Shown here: positions 36,827-47,200 of the stretch, in pieces
Layout: every line of letters begins with the position of its first letter
Position numbering within the stretch: the first letter of the stretch is position 1
NCBI GenBank assembly: GCA_019420465.1
Contig: JAHZHB010000119.1
Coordinates: 1,002-65,001, forward strand
Length of the DNA: 64,000 nt
Origin: Lachnospiraceae bacterium
GTDB lineage: Bacteria; Bacillota; Clostridia; Lachnospirales; Lachnospiraceae
Direction: 5' to 3'
The notes under the pieces: model-generated
What the model saw: only the letters and a program-made list of their open reading frames with translations
The model's database searches: none
What the model was told of the DNA's origin: nothing
Program-made: the position numbers and the translations under genes

Positions 36827-38740
36827 TTACTGCAGTGTATCGATCTCCTTTAACCAGATCGCAGCGCAGGCATCGCTCGGCATACGCCAGTCACCGCGCG
36901 GAGATACCGCCACACTGCCGACCTTCGGTCCGTCCGGCAGGCAGCTTCTCTTAAACTGCTGCATAAAGAACCGGCGGTAAAAAGTTCTGAGCCATTTGAG
37001 GATCGTCTCACGGTCATAGGTATCTTTAAAGGCACACAGTGCCAGACGGTAGATCTTTGCCGGAGAAAATCCCAGTCGCAGCATATAATACAGATAAAAA
37101 TCATGCAGCTCATAGGGGCCTACCAGATCCTCTGTTTTCTGGGAGATCACCCCGTCTTTTGGCGGTAAAAGCTCCGGACTGACCGGGGTATCCAGAATAT
37201 CTGTCAAAATCTCACTAAGCTTTGCATCCTGACAGGTATCGGCAAAATACCTCACCAGATGGCGCACCAGCGTTTTGGGGACGGACGCATTCACACCATA
37301 CATAGACATATGATCACCATTGTATGTGGCCCATCCCAGTGCCAGCTCAGAAAGGTCGCCGGTACCGATGACCATCCCCCCCGCCTGGTTGGCCACATTC
37401 ATCAGGATCTGTGTCCGCTCTCTGGCCTGCGCATTTTCGTATGTGACATCATGCACGTTGATATCATGACCGATATCCCTGAGATGGATCGTAACAGCTT
37501 CTTTGATATCTACCTCTTTTAATGTCGCACCCAGCTGCTGTGTCAGCGTACAGGCATTGTTGTAGGTACGGTCTGTCGTACCGAAACACGGCATCGTAAC
37601 ACAGGTGATTTTTTCCCGGGGCATCTGCAGCATATCAAAGGCTCTGGCTGTAACAAGCAGCGCCAGTGTCGAGTCAAGGCCTCCGGAAATGCCGATCACG
37701 GCACTCTGGCAATGAGTATGCTCCAGACGCTTTTTCAGTCCCATGGCCTGGATATTCAGAATCTCATTACAGCGTCTGTCGCGGTCAGCCTTTACGCCCG
37801 GAACAAAGGGCTGCATGGCAAACGTGCGGCTAAGCGGTGTTTCCTCCACCGGCAGTGTAAAATATGTGATCTGGTAGCCTGCGCCGTCCTGCACCGGATA
37901 TGTCGTCATCCTGCGGCGTTCTCCCGAAAGACGGCAGACATCCAGTTCAGTACAGATGGTCTGATTCATAAAACGCTCCGCCTCAGCAAGGATCGACCCA
38001 TTTTCAGCGATCAGATTCTGCCCGCCAAAAACCAGATCTGTCGAGGATTCACCTTCTCCTGCCGTCGCATAGATATAACCGCAGATCAGACTGGCTGACT
38101 GTGCAGACACCAGCTGACGGCGATAGCTGTCTTTTCCTGTCATTTCATCCGAAGCGGACAGATTGACGATCACTGTCGCTCCTGCCATCGCATGTGAAAC
38201 AGACGGCGGACACGGCACCCACAGATCTTCACAGATCTCCGCAGCGACTTTAAGCTCCGGCAAAGTCTCACAGGCAAAGATCTGACGGCTGCCAAACGGA
38301 ACCATTTCTCCGTCAAGGGGGATCCGGGTAACTTCTTTGGGCCCGCTGGTAAAATGGCGTCCTTCATAAAACTCCGCATAGGACGGAATATGGGTCTTTG
38401 GCACCAGACCGAGAATACGACCATGGCAAAGTGCCGCTGCGACATTAAACAGCTTGCCGTAGATCTCCATCGGAAGTCCCACAAACAAAAGAGCATCCAC
38501 ATCCTTTGTCCCGGCAGCGATATCAAGAAGTGCCTGTTTTGCCTCTGTAAGAAGTCTGCTCTGCCAGAACAGATCCTGACAGGTATATCCCGTAATACAC
38601 AGTTCGGGAAGTACCATGATTCTGGCATCAAGCGCCTGCATCTCCTGTACTTTTTCGAGGATAGCCTCTTTATTTGCTGTGGTATCTGCCACACTGATCT
38701 TCGGGATCGCTGCTGCGACCCGGACAAATCCATCCTTCAT
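36827..38740 (-). CDS. nadE: glutamine-dependent NAD+ synthetase
   Basis: N-terminal nitrilase-like CN-hydrolase domain plus a C-terminal synthetase domain with the SGGLDS PP-loop. AAAGGAGAG RBS precedes ATG 38740. Confidence 0.9.
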   Translation of the reverse strand: MKDGFVRVAAAIPKISVADTTANKEAILEKVQEMQALDARIMVLPELCITGYTCQDLFWQSRLLTEAKQALLDIAAGTKDVDALLFVGLPMEIYGKLFNVAAALCHGRILGLVPKTHIPSYAEFYEGRHFTSGPKEVTRIPLDGEMVPFGSRQIFACETLPELKVAAEICEDLWVPCPPSVSHAMAGATVIVNLSASDEMTGKDSYRRQLVSAQSASLICGYIYATAGEGESSTDLVFGGQNLIAENGSILAEAERFMNQTICTELDVCRLSGERRRMTTYPVQDGAGYQITYFTLPVEETPLSRTFAMQPFVPGVKADRDRRCNEILNIQAMGLKKRLEHTHCQSAVIGISGGLDSTLALLVTARAFDMLQMPREKITCVTMPCFGTTDRTYNNACTLTQQLGATLKEVDIKEAVTIHLRDIGHDINVHDVTYENAQARERTQILMNVANQAGGMVIGTGDLSELALGWATYNGDHMSMYGVNASVPKTLVRHLVRYFADTCQDAKLSEILTDILDTPVSPELLPPKDGVISQKTEDLVGPYELHDFYLYYMLRLGFSPAKIYRLALCAFKDTYDRETILKWLRTFYRRFFMQQFKRSCLPDGPKVGSVAVSPRGDWRMPSDACAAIWLKEIDTLQ

Positions 38741-38822
38741 CCTGTCTCTCCTTTTTGTTACATCCCGTATCCATTGACACACCCTGCTTTAACAGACGGG
38801 TATCACTGTTTCCGACTTTTAC

Positions 38823-39713
38823 TTATCTTGTACACTGTTTGTACAGCTCTTTGATCTCTTCTACAGAAAATGTATAGTTGGTATTACAGAAATGACAGTT
38901 CAGCTCAATCTCCTTACCGTCATCGATCATACTTTTCAGCTCTTTTTTTCCTACGCTGATCAGCGCTCTTGAAACACGTTCCTTGCTGCAGTTGCAGTAA
39001 AAAGATGCCGGTACGGTATCATTGATCACCGGATCCATGCCCTCCAGAAGAAGCTCAAGCATCTTTTCCGGTGTATAGCCTTCTTCGAGAAGGCCTGTAA
39101 CGGAATGGATCTTTGCCACATTTTCCTCCAGATGGGAGATTACCTTCTCCTCGGCAAAAGGCATCAGCTGCACGATAAATCCGCCGGCCTGTTTTACCGT
39201 ATTGTCATGCTCCATCAGTACACCCAGCCCCACAGCAGACGGTACCTGCTGGCTGGTAGCAAAATAGTACGTCAGATCCTCGGCGATCTCGCTGGTCTGC
39301 AGCATAACCTGTCCGTTATATGGCTCCTTTAATCCCATATCCATGATAACATTTAAAAAACCGGGGCCGATCGCACCGGCCACATCCAGCTTGCCTTTGG
39401 CATTGGCATGAAGCAGTACCTCGGGATTTCCCACATAGCCTTTGACATGTCCGTGGGAATCGGCGGTAACCGTGATACCTTTGATCGGTCCGCTTCCCTC
39501 AATCTGCAGGGTCAGGATATCCTTGTCCCCTTTCATCATAACACCCATCATCAGTGCACCTGTCATCAGACGTCCCAGTGCAGCTGTAGCTACCGGGCTG
39601 GTATTATGTGCCTTTCTTGCATACTCTACAGTTTCTCTTGTTGTTGCAGCAAAAGCACGGATCTGACCGCCTGCTGCTGTTGCTCTTACAATATAATCAG
39701 TGTTTGCCATCAT
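38823..39713 (-). CDS. hslO: Hsp33-family redox-regulated chaperone
   Basis: 296 aa with the C-terminal zinc centre CNCS...CHFC. Confidence 0.9.
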   Translation of the reverse strand: MMANTDYIVRATAAGGQIRAFAATTRETVEYARKAHNTSPVATAALGRLMTGALMMGVMMKGDKDILTLQIEGSGPIKGITVTADSHGHVKGYVGNPEVLLHANAKGKLDVAGAIGPGFLNVIMDMGLKEPYNGQVMLQTSEIAEDLTYYFATSQQVPSAVGLGVLMEHDNTVKQAGGFIVQLMPFAEEKVISHLEENVAKIHSVTGLLEEGYTPEKMLELLLEGMDPVINDTVPASFYCNCSKERVSRALISVGKKELKSMIDDGKEIELNCHFCNTNYTFSVEEIKELYKQCTR

Positions 39714-39778
39714 ATTCCCCTGGGCCGGATGTCTTCGCTCCGGCTGTCCTTTCCGGCTGGTTTTGCCTGTTATCGCTT

Positions 39779-40543
39779 TTATTCACCCTGTTTTTCTTTG
39801 CCCTGTTCTCTGGCGATCACATAGACTCTCTCGCTCTCTTCTGTGGCCGGTGTATGGGTAAACGCATCATACATAGCCACAAACTTAAGACCTCCTGCTG
39901 TCACGATCTCTTCGATCTGCTGAAGCGGATAGGCTTTCTGCTCATGAAACTCTTCGAATTTATCGTACCGTCCGTCCTCGTCACGGATAAACAGCGTAAG
40001 ATCATATTCGTTGATCTTTTCTGCTGTATCGTAATAGTTTTCCCAGATAAAGCTGGCTTCCTCCCGGTTCTCCGCGATCGTTGTCTCGCCCATATCCCGG
40101 TATCTCTTCTCCGTCTTCAGATCAAAGATAAAAACACCGCCGGGATCCAGATAATTATTGACCAGACGGCACACCGTCACAAGATCCTCTCTGTCAAGCA
40201 GATAATTCATCGAATCACAGATGCTGACCACCGCACGCACAGTACCGTACAGTTCAAACTCTCGCATATCCTGCAAAAGATACAGAATATCCGCTCCGGA
40301 TTCGACACGCTTTTCCATAGCGATCTCCAGCATATCCGGCGAGCTGTCTGCACCGATCATATCATACCCGGCCTGCGAAAGACGCTCCGTCACATTGCCT
40401 GTGCCACAGCCAAGCTCCAGCACCAGACCGTCACTGACACCGTATTCTTTCAGAAGACCGGTCAGATAGGCACACCAGCCGTCGTAATCTATATTGTCCA
40501 TGAACAGGTCATATACCTGTGCAAAGCTCTGATAAGATGCCAT
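39779..40543 (-). CDS. class I SAM-dependent methyltransferase
   Basis: Motif I VLELGCGTG. GGGAGGA RBS precedes ATG 40543; the track N-terminal extension to 40876 is non-coding-like. Confidence 0.8.
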   Translation of the reverse strand: MASYQSFAQVYDLFMDNIDYDGWCAYLTGLLKEYGVSDGLVLELGCGTGNVTERLSQAGYDMIGADSSPDMLEIAMEKRVESGADILYLLQDMREFELYGTVRAVVSICDSMNYLLDREDLVTVCRLVNNYLDPGGVFIFDLKTEKRYRDMGETTIAENREEASFIWENYYDTAEKINEYDLTLFIRDEDGRYDKFEEFHEQKAYPLQQIEEIVTAGGLKFVAMYDAFTHTPATEESERVYVIAREQGKEKQGE

Positions 40544-40637
40544 CTGTATTCCTCCCTGTCTCTGCATAATCCATTTTAGTATAATGCATCCCCAGACTAA
40601 ACTCAACCGCATTTTTGCCTGACAGATGAAATGGGGC

Positions 40638-40667
40638 TTGACAAAACATACCAAGAAGACGTATATA
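40638..40667 (+). promoter_or_regulatory. sigma-A-like promoter for the DUF1858 gene
   Basis: TTGACA-18 nt-TATATA. Confidence 0.4.
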
Positions 40668-40729
40668 AAATACAGCTGTAAAAATGCTGAAAACCAAACG
40701 ATACTTATTATAGAAAGGATGACACCGTT

Positions 40730-40957
40730 ATGATGAAGATTTCCAAAGACATGATCATCGGCGATATTCTCGCCAAGGAGCCGGATATGGCTGGCGTACT
40801 GATGGGCATGGGTATGCACTGCATCGGCTGCCCGGCATCCCAGCAGGAATCTATCGAGGAGGCTGCCATGGTACATGGCTTCGACCCGAACGAGCTTGTA
40901 CAGGAAGTAAACCTCTACGTAGAGAAAAAGCAGATGGTAGAAGACGCTGCAAAATAA
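40730..40957 (+). CDS. DUF1858 / hybrid-cluster-protein-associated redox disulfide domain protein
   Basis: 75 aa with the GMHCIGCP motif typical of this small family. Confidence 0.7.
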   Translation: MMKISKDMIIGDILAKEPDMAGVLMGMGMHCIGCPASQQESIEEAAMVHGFDPNELVQEVNLYVEKKQMVEDAAK

Positions 40958-40972
40958 AAATCGCTTTTTAAA

Positions 40973-41010
40973 ATATCCCGGCTGGCCTGATCCAGTCGGG
41001 ATATTTTTTT
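40973..41010 (+). terminator. intrinsic terminator (possibly bidirectional)
   Basis: A 13-bp stem ATATCCCGGCTGG/CCAGTCGGGATAT is followed by T7. Confidence 0.7.
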
Positions 41011-41087
41011 ACAGCCTTATACCCATACACAGGGCTCATGACCGGTTTGCCCCCGGCGACGTATTCTTCACTCTGTCTGACCAGCTG

Positions 41088-42398
41088 TCAGCGGATCGCA
41101 TACTGTCCGTCACCGTTTTCGCAGATACTGCTCTCAAAAAATACCTTTGCAGCCCGGATCAGCGTATCCGTATCCTTCACACCGGCTGTTTCATAGGGCG
41201 AATGCATCGCCAGCTGGGCCAGCCCGATATCCACGGTATGTAGGGCCACCTGTGTGCCGGATATATTGCCAAGTGTAGAGCCGCCCGGCACATCAGAATG
41301 ATTGACAAACGTCTGTACCTTTGCTCCTGCTTTTTCACAGATTTTGATAAACAGCGCTGCTGATATGGCATCTGTCGTATATTTCTGATTGGCACTGTAT
41401 TTGATCACAATACCCTCGTTCATATACGGACGGTTCGTCGGGCATGCTTTTTCCGGATAATTGGGATGTACGGCATGGGCATTGTCAGCAGAGATCATCA
41501 TACTGGATGCCAGCATCCGGCGATACTGTGCCCCGGACAGTCCCAGCGATTCGCAGATCCTTGTCAGTGTATCCAGAAGGAAGGTGGATGCTGCTCCCTG
41601 CTTTGTACCGCTTCCCACCTCTTCATTATCAAATACACAGTGTACGGGAATGCTGTCCTTCGTCCCGGCTGCCAGAAAAGCCTTCAGAGAGGCAAAGGCA
41701 CACTGCAGATCATCGAGGCGTCCGATCGACATATATTCCCGGCTGGCACCCCATACTGTACCCGGCATACGATTATACACAAACAGATCGGAGGCTACGA
41801 TATCTTCACTGGCCACGCCTGCACTCTCTGCTACCAGAGAAAGGAAGGTGCCTTTGGCTGTCTCATCACCGTACAGAGGCAGAAGGGTTTTCTGTACTTC
41901 CACCTTTACACCGTCATTTGCCTGACGGTTCATATGGATCGCCAGATTCGGGATCATCACCAGATCACGTCCCACATCACAGAGAACCTGACGGATACCG
42001 TCCGGTGTCTGCACGATCAGTCGTCCGGCTACAGAAAGCGGACGGTCAAACCACGGTGCGCAGAGCATGCCGCCGTATTTTTCCACATTCAGGCGTACAT
42101 AGTGTCCCTCCGCCTCCATCTCCGGATTTTCCTTTACCTTAAACATCGGTGAATCGCTGTGGCTAGTCATGATCTGAAAACCGACCGGGGTCTGCACGGG
42201 CAGGCGAAATGCCAGGATCGCCGAACCGTTACGGATCACAAAATATCCCTTTCCCTGTTCAAGCTTCCAGTCCATACCTTCCAGAAGCTGTGTATACCCT
42301 TCAGAAATCAGGCTTTTTTTCATGTAATCTATAGCATGAAATGCTGTGGGGCTCTGCTCTATAAAAGAGAAAAGCTCCTGTGTGGTTGTCTCACTCAT
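41088..42398 (-). CDS. M18-family aminopeptidase
   Basis: 436 aa. N-terminus FIEQSPTAFHA, HSDSP block, and overall M18-like layout. Confidence 0.85.
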   Translation of the reverse strand: MSETTTQELFSFIEQSPTAFHAIDYMKKSLISEGYTQLLEGMDWKLEQGKGYFVIRNGSAILAFRLPVQTPVGFQIMTSHSDSPMFKVKENPEMEAEGHYVRLNVEKYGGMLCAPWFDRPLSVAGRLIVQTPDGIRQVLCDVGRDLVMIPNLAIHMNRQANDGVKVEVQKTLLPLYGDETAKGTFLSLVAESAGVASEDIVASDLFVYNRMPGTVWGASREYMSIGRLDDLQCAFASLKAFLAAGTKDSIPVHCVFDNEEVGSGTKQGAASTFLLDTLTRICESLGLSGAQYRRMLASSMMISADNAHAVHPNYPEKACPTNRPYMNEGIVIKYSANQKYTTDAISAALFIKICEKAGAKVQTFVNHSDVPGGSTLGNISGTQVALHTVDIGLAQLAMHSPYETAGVKDTDTLIRAAKVFFESSICENGDGQYAIR

Positions 42399-42524
42399 CG
42401 TTTTTGTTGTCTCCTTTTTTGCACCAGATGCGCATGTTTTCTGCCTGTCAGTATACTGTATTTTTCTTTTTAAGTCCAGCCCGCGGCACAGACATCCACC
42501 AGCACATCCATTTGCGCTTTTTCT

Positions 42525-44213
42525 TTAACGATATTCTGTGAAATAGCCATACTGGCTGGCACTGTCTACTCTGGCATAGCTGCTGTCTGTATGACCGCTG
42601 TCATATCCTGTACCATTTCCTCCGGTCAGTTCGCCGACACCGGTAAACATCTTTTCATCGTGGATCAGTGTGTCCGTATCAAAGGATGCATCACTCTTTT
42701 TCCAGACGGCATACAGTCGTGCTGTCTGCTGTGGTCTGGCCAGCTGTGTCACGTTCTGCCCCGGTGCATACTGGGATACGGCAGCATCCGGATCTGTGCT
42801 CCATCCGAGGAACTGATAACCCGCCCGGACAAACTGGTTTTGCACAAGTGCCGCCGGTGTACCGTATATAGCCTTCTGTTCTGCCATAGTTCCCGTACCG
42901 CCGTTTGCCTCATAGCGGATGCGATAATCCGTTCTGGTAAATTTGAGCCGCACACTGGTAAGCCCCTGAATCGAGCCGGAAAGACTGCCCTGTACGACAC
43001 CGGCATAGGCATAGCCGGACTTTGCCCGGATGTTTCGGATTTCATAGGTTGTTCCCAGCGGATGTGCCCTATAGTAGTCCGTCGTATTTTGTGCTGCCGG
43101 TTTTCCCTGAATATATATATCTACAATCGCACACTCCCCCAGAGAATCCATATCCGTATTTTCCAGGCGCCCGTTGAGGTCCAGATACGCTTCCCAGGCT
43201 GCCGTAAGTGTTACTGTTCCGCCGTTCTGGTCTCTTCCGTAACTGTCACCCGGAGTATAGTTCTGCCCGTCCGATCCTTTCCAGTGGGTAAAATTACACC
43301 CGTTTCGCACCGGCCGCTGCGGGGAAAGTGTCAGAAGGCTTCCGTATGTCTTTGTCTGATCCGCAGGAATATGGGAGGCATTTTCTGCCGTATAGTGTAC
43401 GGTATGCCTCCAGGGTGTCCACAACGGATATACCTCGGTATTGGCTGTGATACAGGAAAATCCTGTATTCCATCCGGAAAAATTGTGACCGGTCCTCGTC
43501 GGTGCAGCCGGAGATACCGCGCCGTCTCCGCAGGAGATATACTGTGTATTGTAAACTGTTCCTGCTCCGTCATGGAAATTTACTGTATACACCGGTCTGG
43601 CATAGCTGACGGTAAGCTCCGTTCCCAGATATCTCTTTTTATTATTGGTGATCAGGCCAATATTTCCCACATAAAAGGTCACAACAGCGGTCCTTTCGGT
43701 ATCCTGATAGACGGTATCGTCGTTAATGCTCAAAGCCCCTACCGTACCATCCGCATTCTGCACATATGGTCCCAGACGTCCTCCTGACGGACGTTCGCTT
43801 GCCCACGAGGCATACCTGTAGTTTCCATGCTGAACATACCGAAGTGTCACGGATCCGATCACATAGTTTCCTTCTATACTGCTTTTCGTTGTCTGAAAGG
43901 ATGTCGTGTCCAGCCGTACATTATGCACATTGGCTGTCTCTGCCGACAGACTGCAGCTGTAGCTCTGTCCGGCCTTTTTGAAATCACTGTATTTTACACT
44001 TGCCGTCCGGCTCACATTGATCCGGCATCTGGTCGTCTGGCCGCCCTCATCCTGCAGGACCACATAAAAATAGCCGTCTTTATACGCTGTGTCTGTACTG
44101 ACATTCTGCACAGTATAACCATATACCGTGTGCCCGGCTGCCCAAAGCAGCCAGACACACGCCATGACCGTTGCCAGTACGATCGCCAGCATACGCCATC
44201 GTTTTTTTGTCAT
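42525..44213 (-). CDS. membrane-anchored InlB B-repeat (Flg_new) containing protein
   Basis: N-terminal TM/signal anchor and at least three F.GW-type B-repeats (HNFSGWNT, CNFTHWKG, YQFLGWST). AGGAGGGG RBS precedes ATG 44213. No LPXTG motif. Confidence 0.75.
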   Translation of the reverse strand: MTKKRWRMLAIVLATVMACVWLLWAAGHTVYGYTVQNVSTDTAYKDGYFYVVLQDEGGQTTRCRINVSRTASVKYSDFKKAGQSYSCSLSAETANVHNVRLDTTSFQTTKSSIEGNYVIGSVTLRYVQHGNYRYASWASERPSGGRLGPYVQNADGTVGALSINDDTVYQDTERTAVVTFYVGNIGLITNNKKRYLGTELTVSYARPVYTVNFHDGAGTVYNTQYISCGDGAVSPAAPTRTGHNFSGWNTGFSCITANTEVYPLWTPWRHTVHYTAENASHIPADQTKTYGSLLTLSPQRPVRNGCNFTHWKGSDGQNYTPGDSYGRDQNGGTVTLTAAWEAYLDLNGRLENTDMDSLGECAIVDIYIQGKPAAQNTTDYYRAHPLGTTYEIRNIRAKSGYAYAGVVQGSLSGSIQGLTSVRLKFTRTDYRIRYEANGGTGTMAEQKAIYGTPAALVQNQFVRAGYQFLGWSTDPDAAVSQYAPGQNVTQLARPQQTARLYAVWKKSDASFDTDTLIHDEKMFTGVGELTGGNGTGYDSGHTDSSYARVDSASQYGYFTEYR

Positions 44214-44239
44214 CCGGGTTTTCCCCTCCTGTTGGTTTC

Positions 44240-47200
44240 TCATTCTTTTTCTTTCTGTTTTTCCATATCTTCACGTTTTTGTCTGTCATATGTCTTTTCC
44301 ATCACTTTTTCTGACATGTTGTCTCTTCTTTTTCGCAGATGAATCCCGGCCAGCAGGCACAGGCCTCCGCATATACACAGGCACAGATACCAGAAAAACG
44401 CACCTTTTTGCCCTGTCATGGGCAGACGAAGAATGGCATCGTTTGTCACCTCATAAACCAGATCATAAAAATACCAGTTACCCTCATATGCCACAGCTTT
44501 TTTTGTATCTGCATTCAGCTCTTTCGCCTCTTCTGGCATAAGTCTGCATGGCAGGGTAATCTCGATCGGCTCCTTTAAAAGACTTTGTCCGTCCGCAGTC
44601 TTTATTTCCGTCACCGTGTACTGCCCCGGCATCAGTTCGGGAAATGTCACTTCTCCATGTTCATCCGTTGTTTTCTGTATGGTCTGTTTCGTTTTGTGGT
44701 CAGTCAGGACAAAGGTGACTCCCGACAGCGTGCTCTTTTTATCTGCTGTATATTTTTTCAGCTGGATACTGCCACGGGTGGCAGCATTTTCAAACGTGGC
44801 CTGTGCCTGATACAGCTCTTTCACTGTAAATCCAGGTGCTTTAGCCTCTTCGAGGGTCGGACCGATCCGTACCCGGCAGCACGCCTGCCCTGTTTTTTCC
44901 ACCACGGCATTTTCCCCAGGCAGACATTCCAGCCATTCATAGATGCCCTCCATGCCGGATTCTGTCACGGTATATGTCCCATAGGGGATCTTTTCAAACA
45001 GTATTGTCTTTACGATATATCCGTCACTGTCCGCTGTATTCTGATCCTCAGCGGTAAACGTTACCTCTTTTTTCTGTGTATACGGCCTGCCATAGACGTC
45101 CTCGCCGTCCAGCGTAAACGTAAAGACAGGATCTGCCACTTCTGTGGAAAACCGATTTACAGCTATCTTCTTGTGGATCAGTACGCTGCCGCCGTCTGTA
45201 TACTGATGGGTATTGGTCAGCCGTGTGTTTCGCGGTTCTGTTTTATCCGTACTGTATGTCGGCACATAGCCGATCGTGCTTTCTCCGGTGATCCAGTTTG
45301 CATCATCCGGGATTTCCTGCCAGCGATAATCGATATCTCCGGCCTCATCCGTCACCGGCAGCTCTCTTACCGTTGTCTTCCACTGGTTCTCTGCGGACAG
45401 AACAACGCGGTCTGTGGTGTCCTTTTCTTCTTTTTTCACCCGGACATAGCCGTTTTCTGTCAGGCGCATCTGCACCGGACTTTCATTTGCCAGAAGCTGT
45501 ACACTGATCTTCTCCGGCCGGATCTTTTGTGCGTTATCGCTGTCATCCCAGATCTTTTCCACAGACAGATCTATGGTGTCCACCTCATGATAGTTGATGA
45601 TCGTCGTATCCGGGCTGTCTTCCTCCTGCCGGATGATCGCCAGATAGCCTTTTTTCGGGTCCCCGGCTGTTTCTGAAAGATCCGCTTCTTTCCATGTATA
45701 GTGGTAGATATTGCCATCCGGATCGGCTACAGGTAGCTCCGTTTTTGTATAAGTCCATTTTCCTTCATACGGAAGCGTTACCTGACAGAGCTTTATATCA
45801 TTCTGGTACAGCTCTGCTGTGATCGTTTTGGGTCGCAGACCCTCCTGATCCTCTCCGTCCTCCCACAGCTTGGTCACCGTAGAAGTTATCTTTGCCGGTC
45901 CTCTGTTGCGGAAGGTATATGTGCCGGTCTTCGGATCCCATGCACTGTCTGTTTCTTCATACAGCTTCTTTACCTGCTCCGGCATCTGTTCTGTAAACCA
46001 TGCTCTGATCTGCGCTGCACTGTATCCGGCAAACACACCGGTATCTATATCCGTAGACAGCATCCAGCCATCCTTCGCACGCAGCGTATAGGTTTTCCTG
46101 CTGCCATCCGGCAGAGTGATGCTGACAGGCAGACTTTCCGGTCGCATATTTTCGCTGTCGGCACTCCATTCCTTTTTCAGCTGCACTTTCGTTTTCTTCC
46201 CGTTCGTAAAAAGCCAGTCCTCACTGCCCGTATACGCTGTCTTGCTGTCACTGTCCGCATATCCTGACCAGCCATATACCCATTCAGCTACCGTATCGTC
46301 CCCGGCTTTTCCTGTACAGTAGACTACACGATCTGTCTTTTCATAGCCATCCGGCGCTTTCGTCTCCCGGATATAGTACATATAGGGCGCATTTTTGTCC
46401 TTTTTCGCGCTTTCCGTTGGCAGATTGATAAACTCAAGATAGCTGAATTTGTCACCGCCGGTAATCTGGCGGGCGATGACATCATCCTTTTTGCACAGCA
46501 GTTTTCCCTTACGGTCAACGATGTCACAGGCCGCATACAGCGTAAATTCCGCACCGGCAAGCATCTCATGCTGTGCATCCTTTTCATCCGCTTTTACCAC
46601 CTGCAAAGAGACTTTCTTAAGCTCATCTGTCATAGTCAGCAAAATCGCGGGCTCCTGCCACGTCTGTTTCAGCTGGTCTGTCACCTCTTTTACCACCACA
46701 TTTGTCTCTGTCGTACCAAGAGAGTGCCACGGCCCGGAAGCGGTAAAGGTCAGCTGTACGGTCTTTTCACCGGCCTCTGTGGCTATGTGGGGCTCGATCT
46801 TCACATCTGCCTCTTTTGGAACGATTTCCTCTGCCTTGCCGTTTGTGTAGTACAGATAGTACAGGAAATCATCGGTGAGGTATCTGTGTCCCACGGCAAA
46901 CTCACGCTTTGGAACCACCATCACCATACGCTCTGTGTCTGTCTCAAAGACCGGATCCCTCTTTAATTTCTGCCCGTTGACATAGATTCTTTTCACAGCT
47001 GCACAGTAAGCAAACATACAGCGCATATCCTCTGTGTTTACTGTGTTAAACGAGGACAGATCCAGCGTTTCGAGCAGACGACAGCGATAAAACATATAGC
47101 TCATATCGGTAACCTTTGCTGTATCAACATTTTTAAACCGGATCTTTTCCAGCTTCTGACAGGATGCAAACATATGGTCCGAGGCCGGATGCAGCCAGAT

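Noticed and set aside
39608-40579. 323-aa plus-strand ORF spanning the hslO/methyltransferase junction
   Set aside because: It overlaps two strongly supported minus-strand genes and crosses their intergenic gap. The sequence is not protein-like.
39779-40876. Full 365-aa version of the methyltransferase ORF, and similar long N-terminal extensions of other track ORFs (12799..14271, 20141..20971, 24598..24936, 26851..27798, 36827..38782, 55652..56728, 59528..60184)
   Set aside because: In each case an internal ATG with a good Shine-Dalgarno sequence matches the family N-terminus. The upstream extension overlaps a neighbouring gene or reads as non-coding.
42591-43787. 398-aa plus-strand ORF
   Set aside because: It is antisense to the B-repeat protein gene, with no motifs or RBS.
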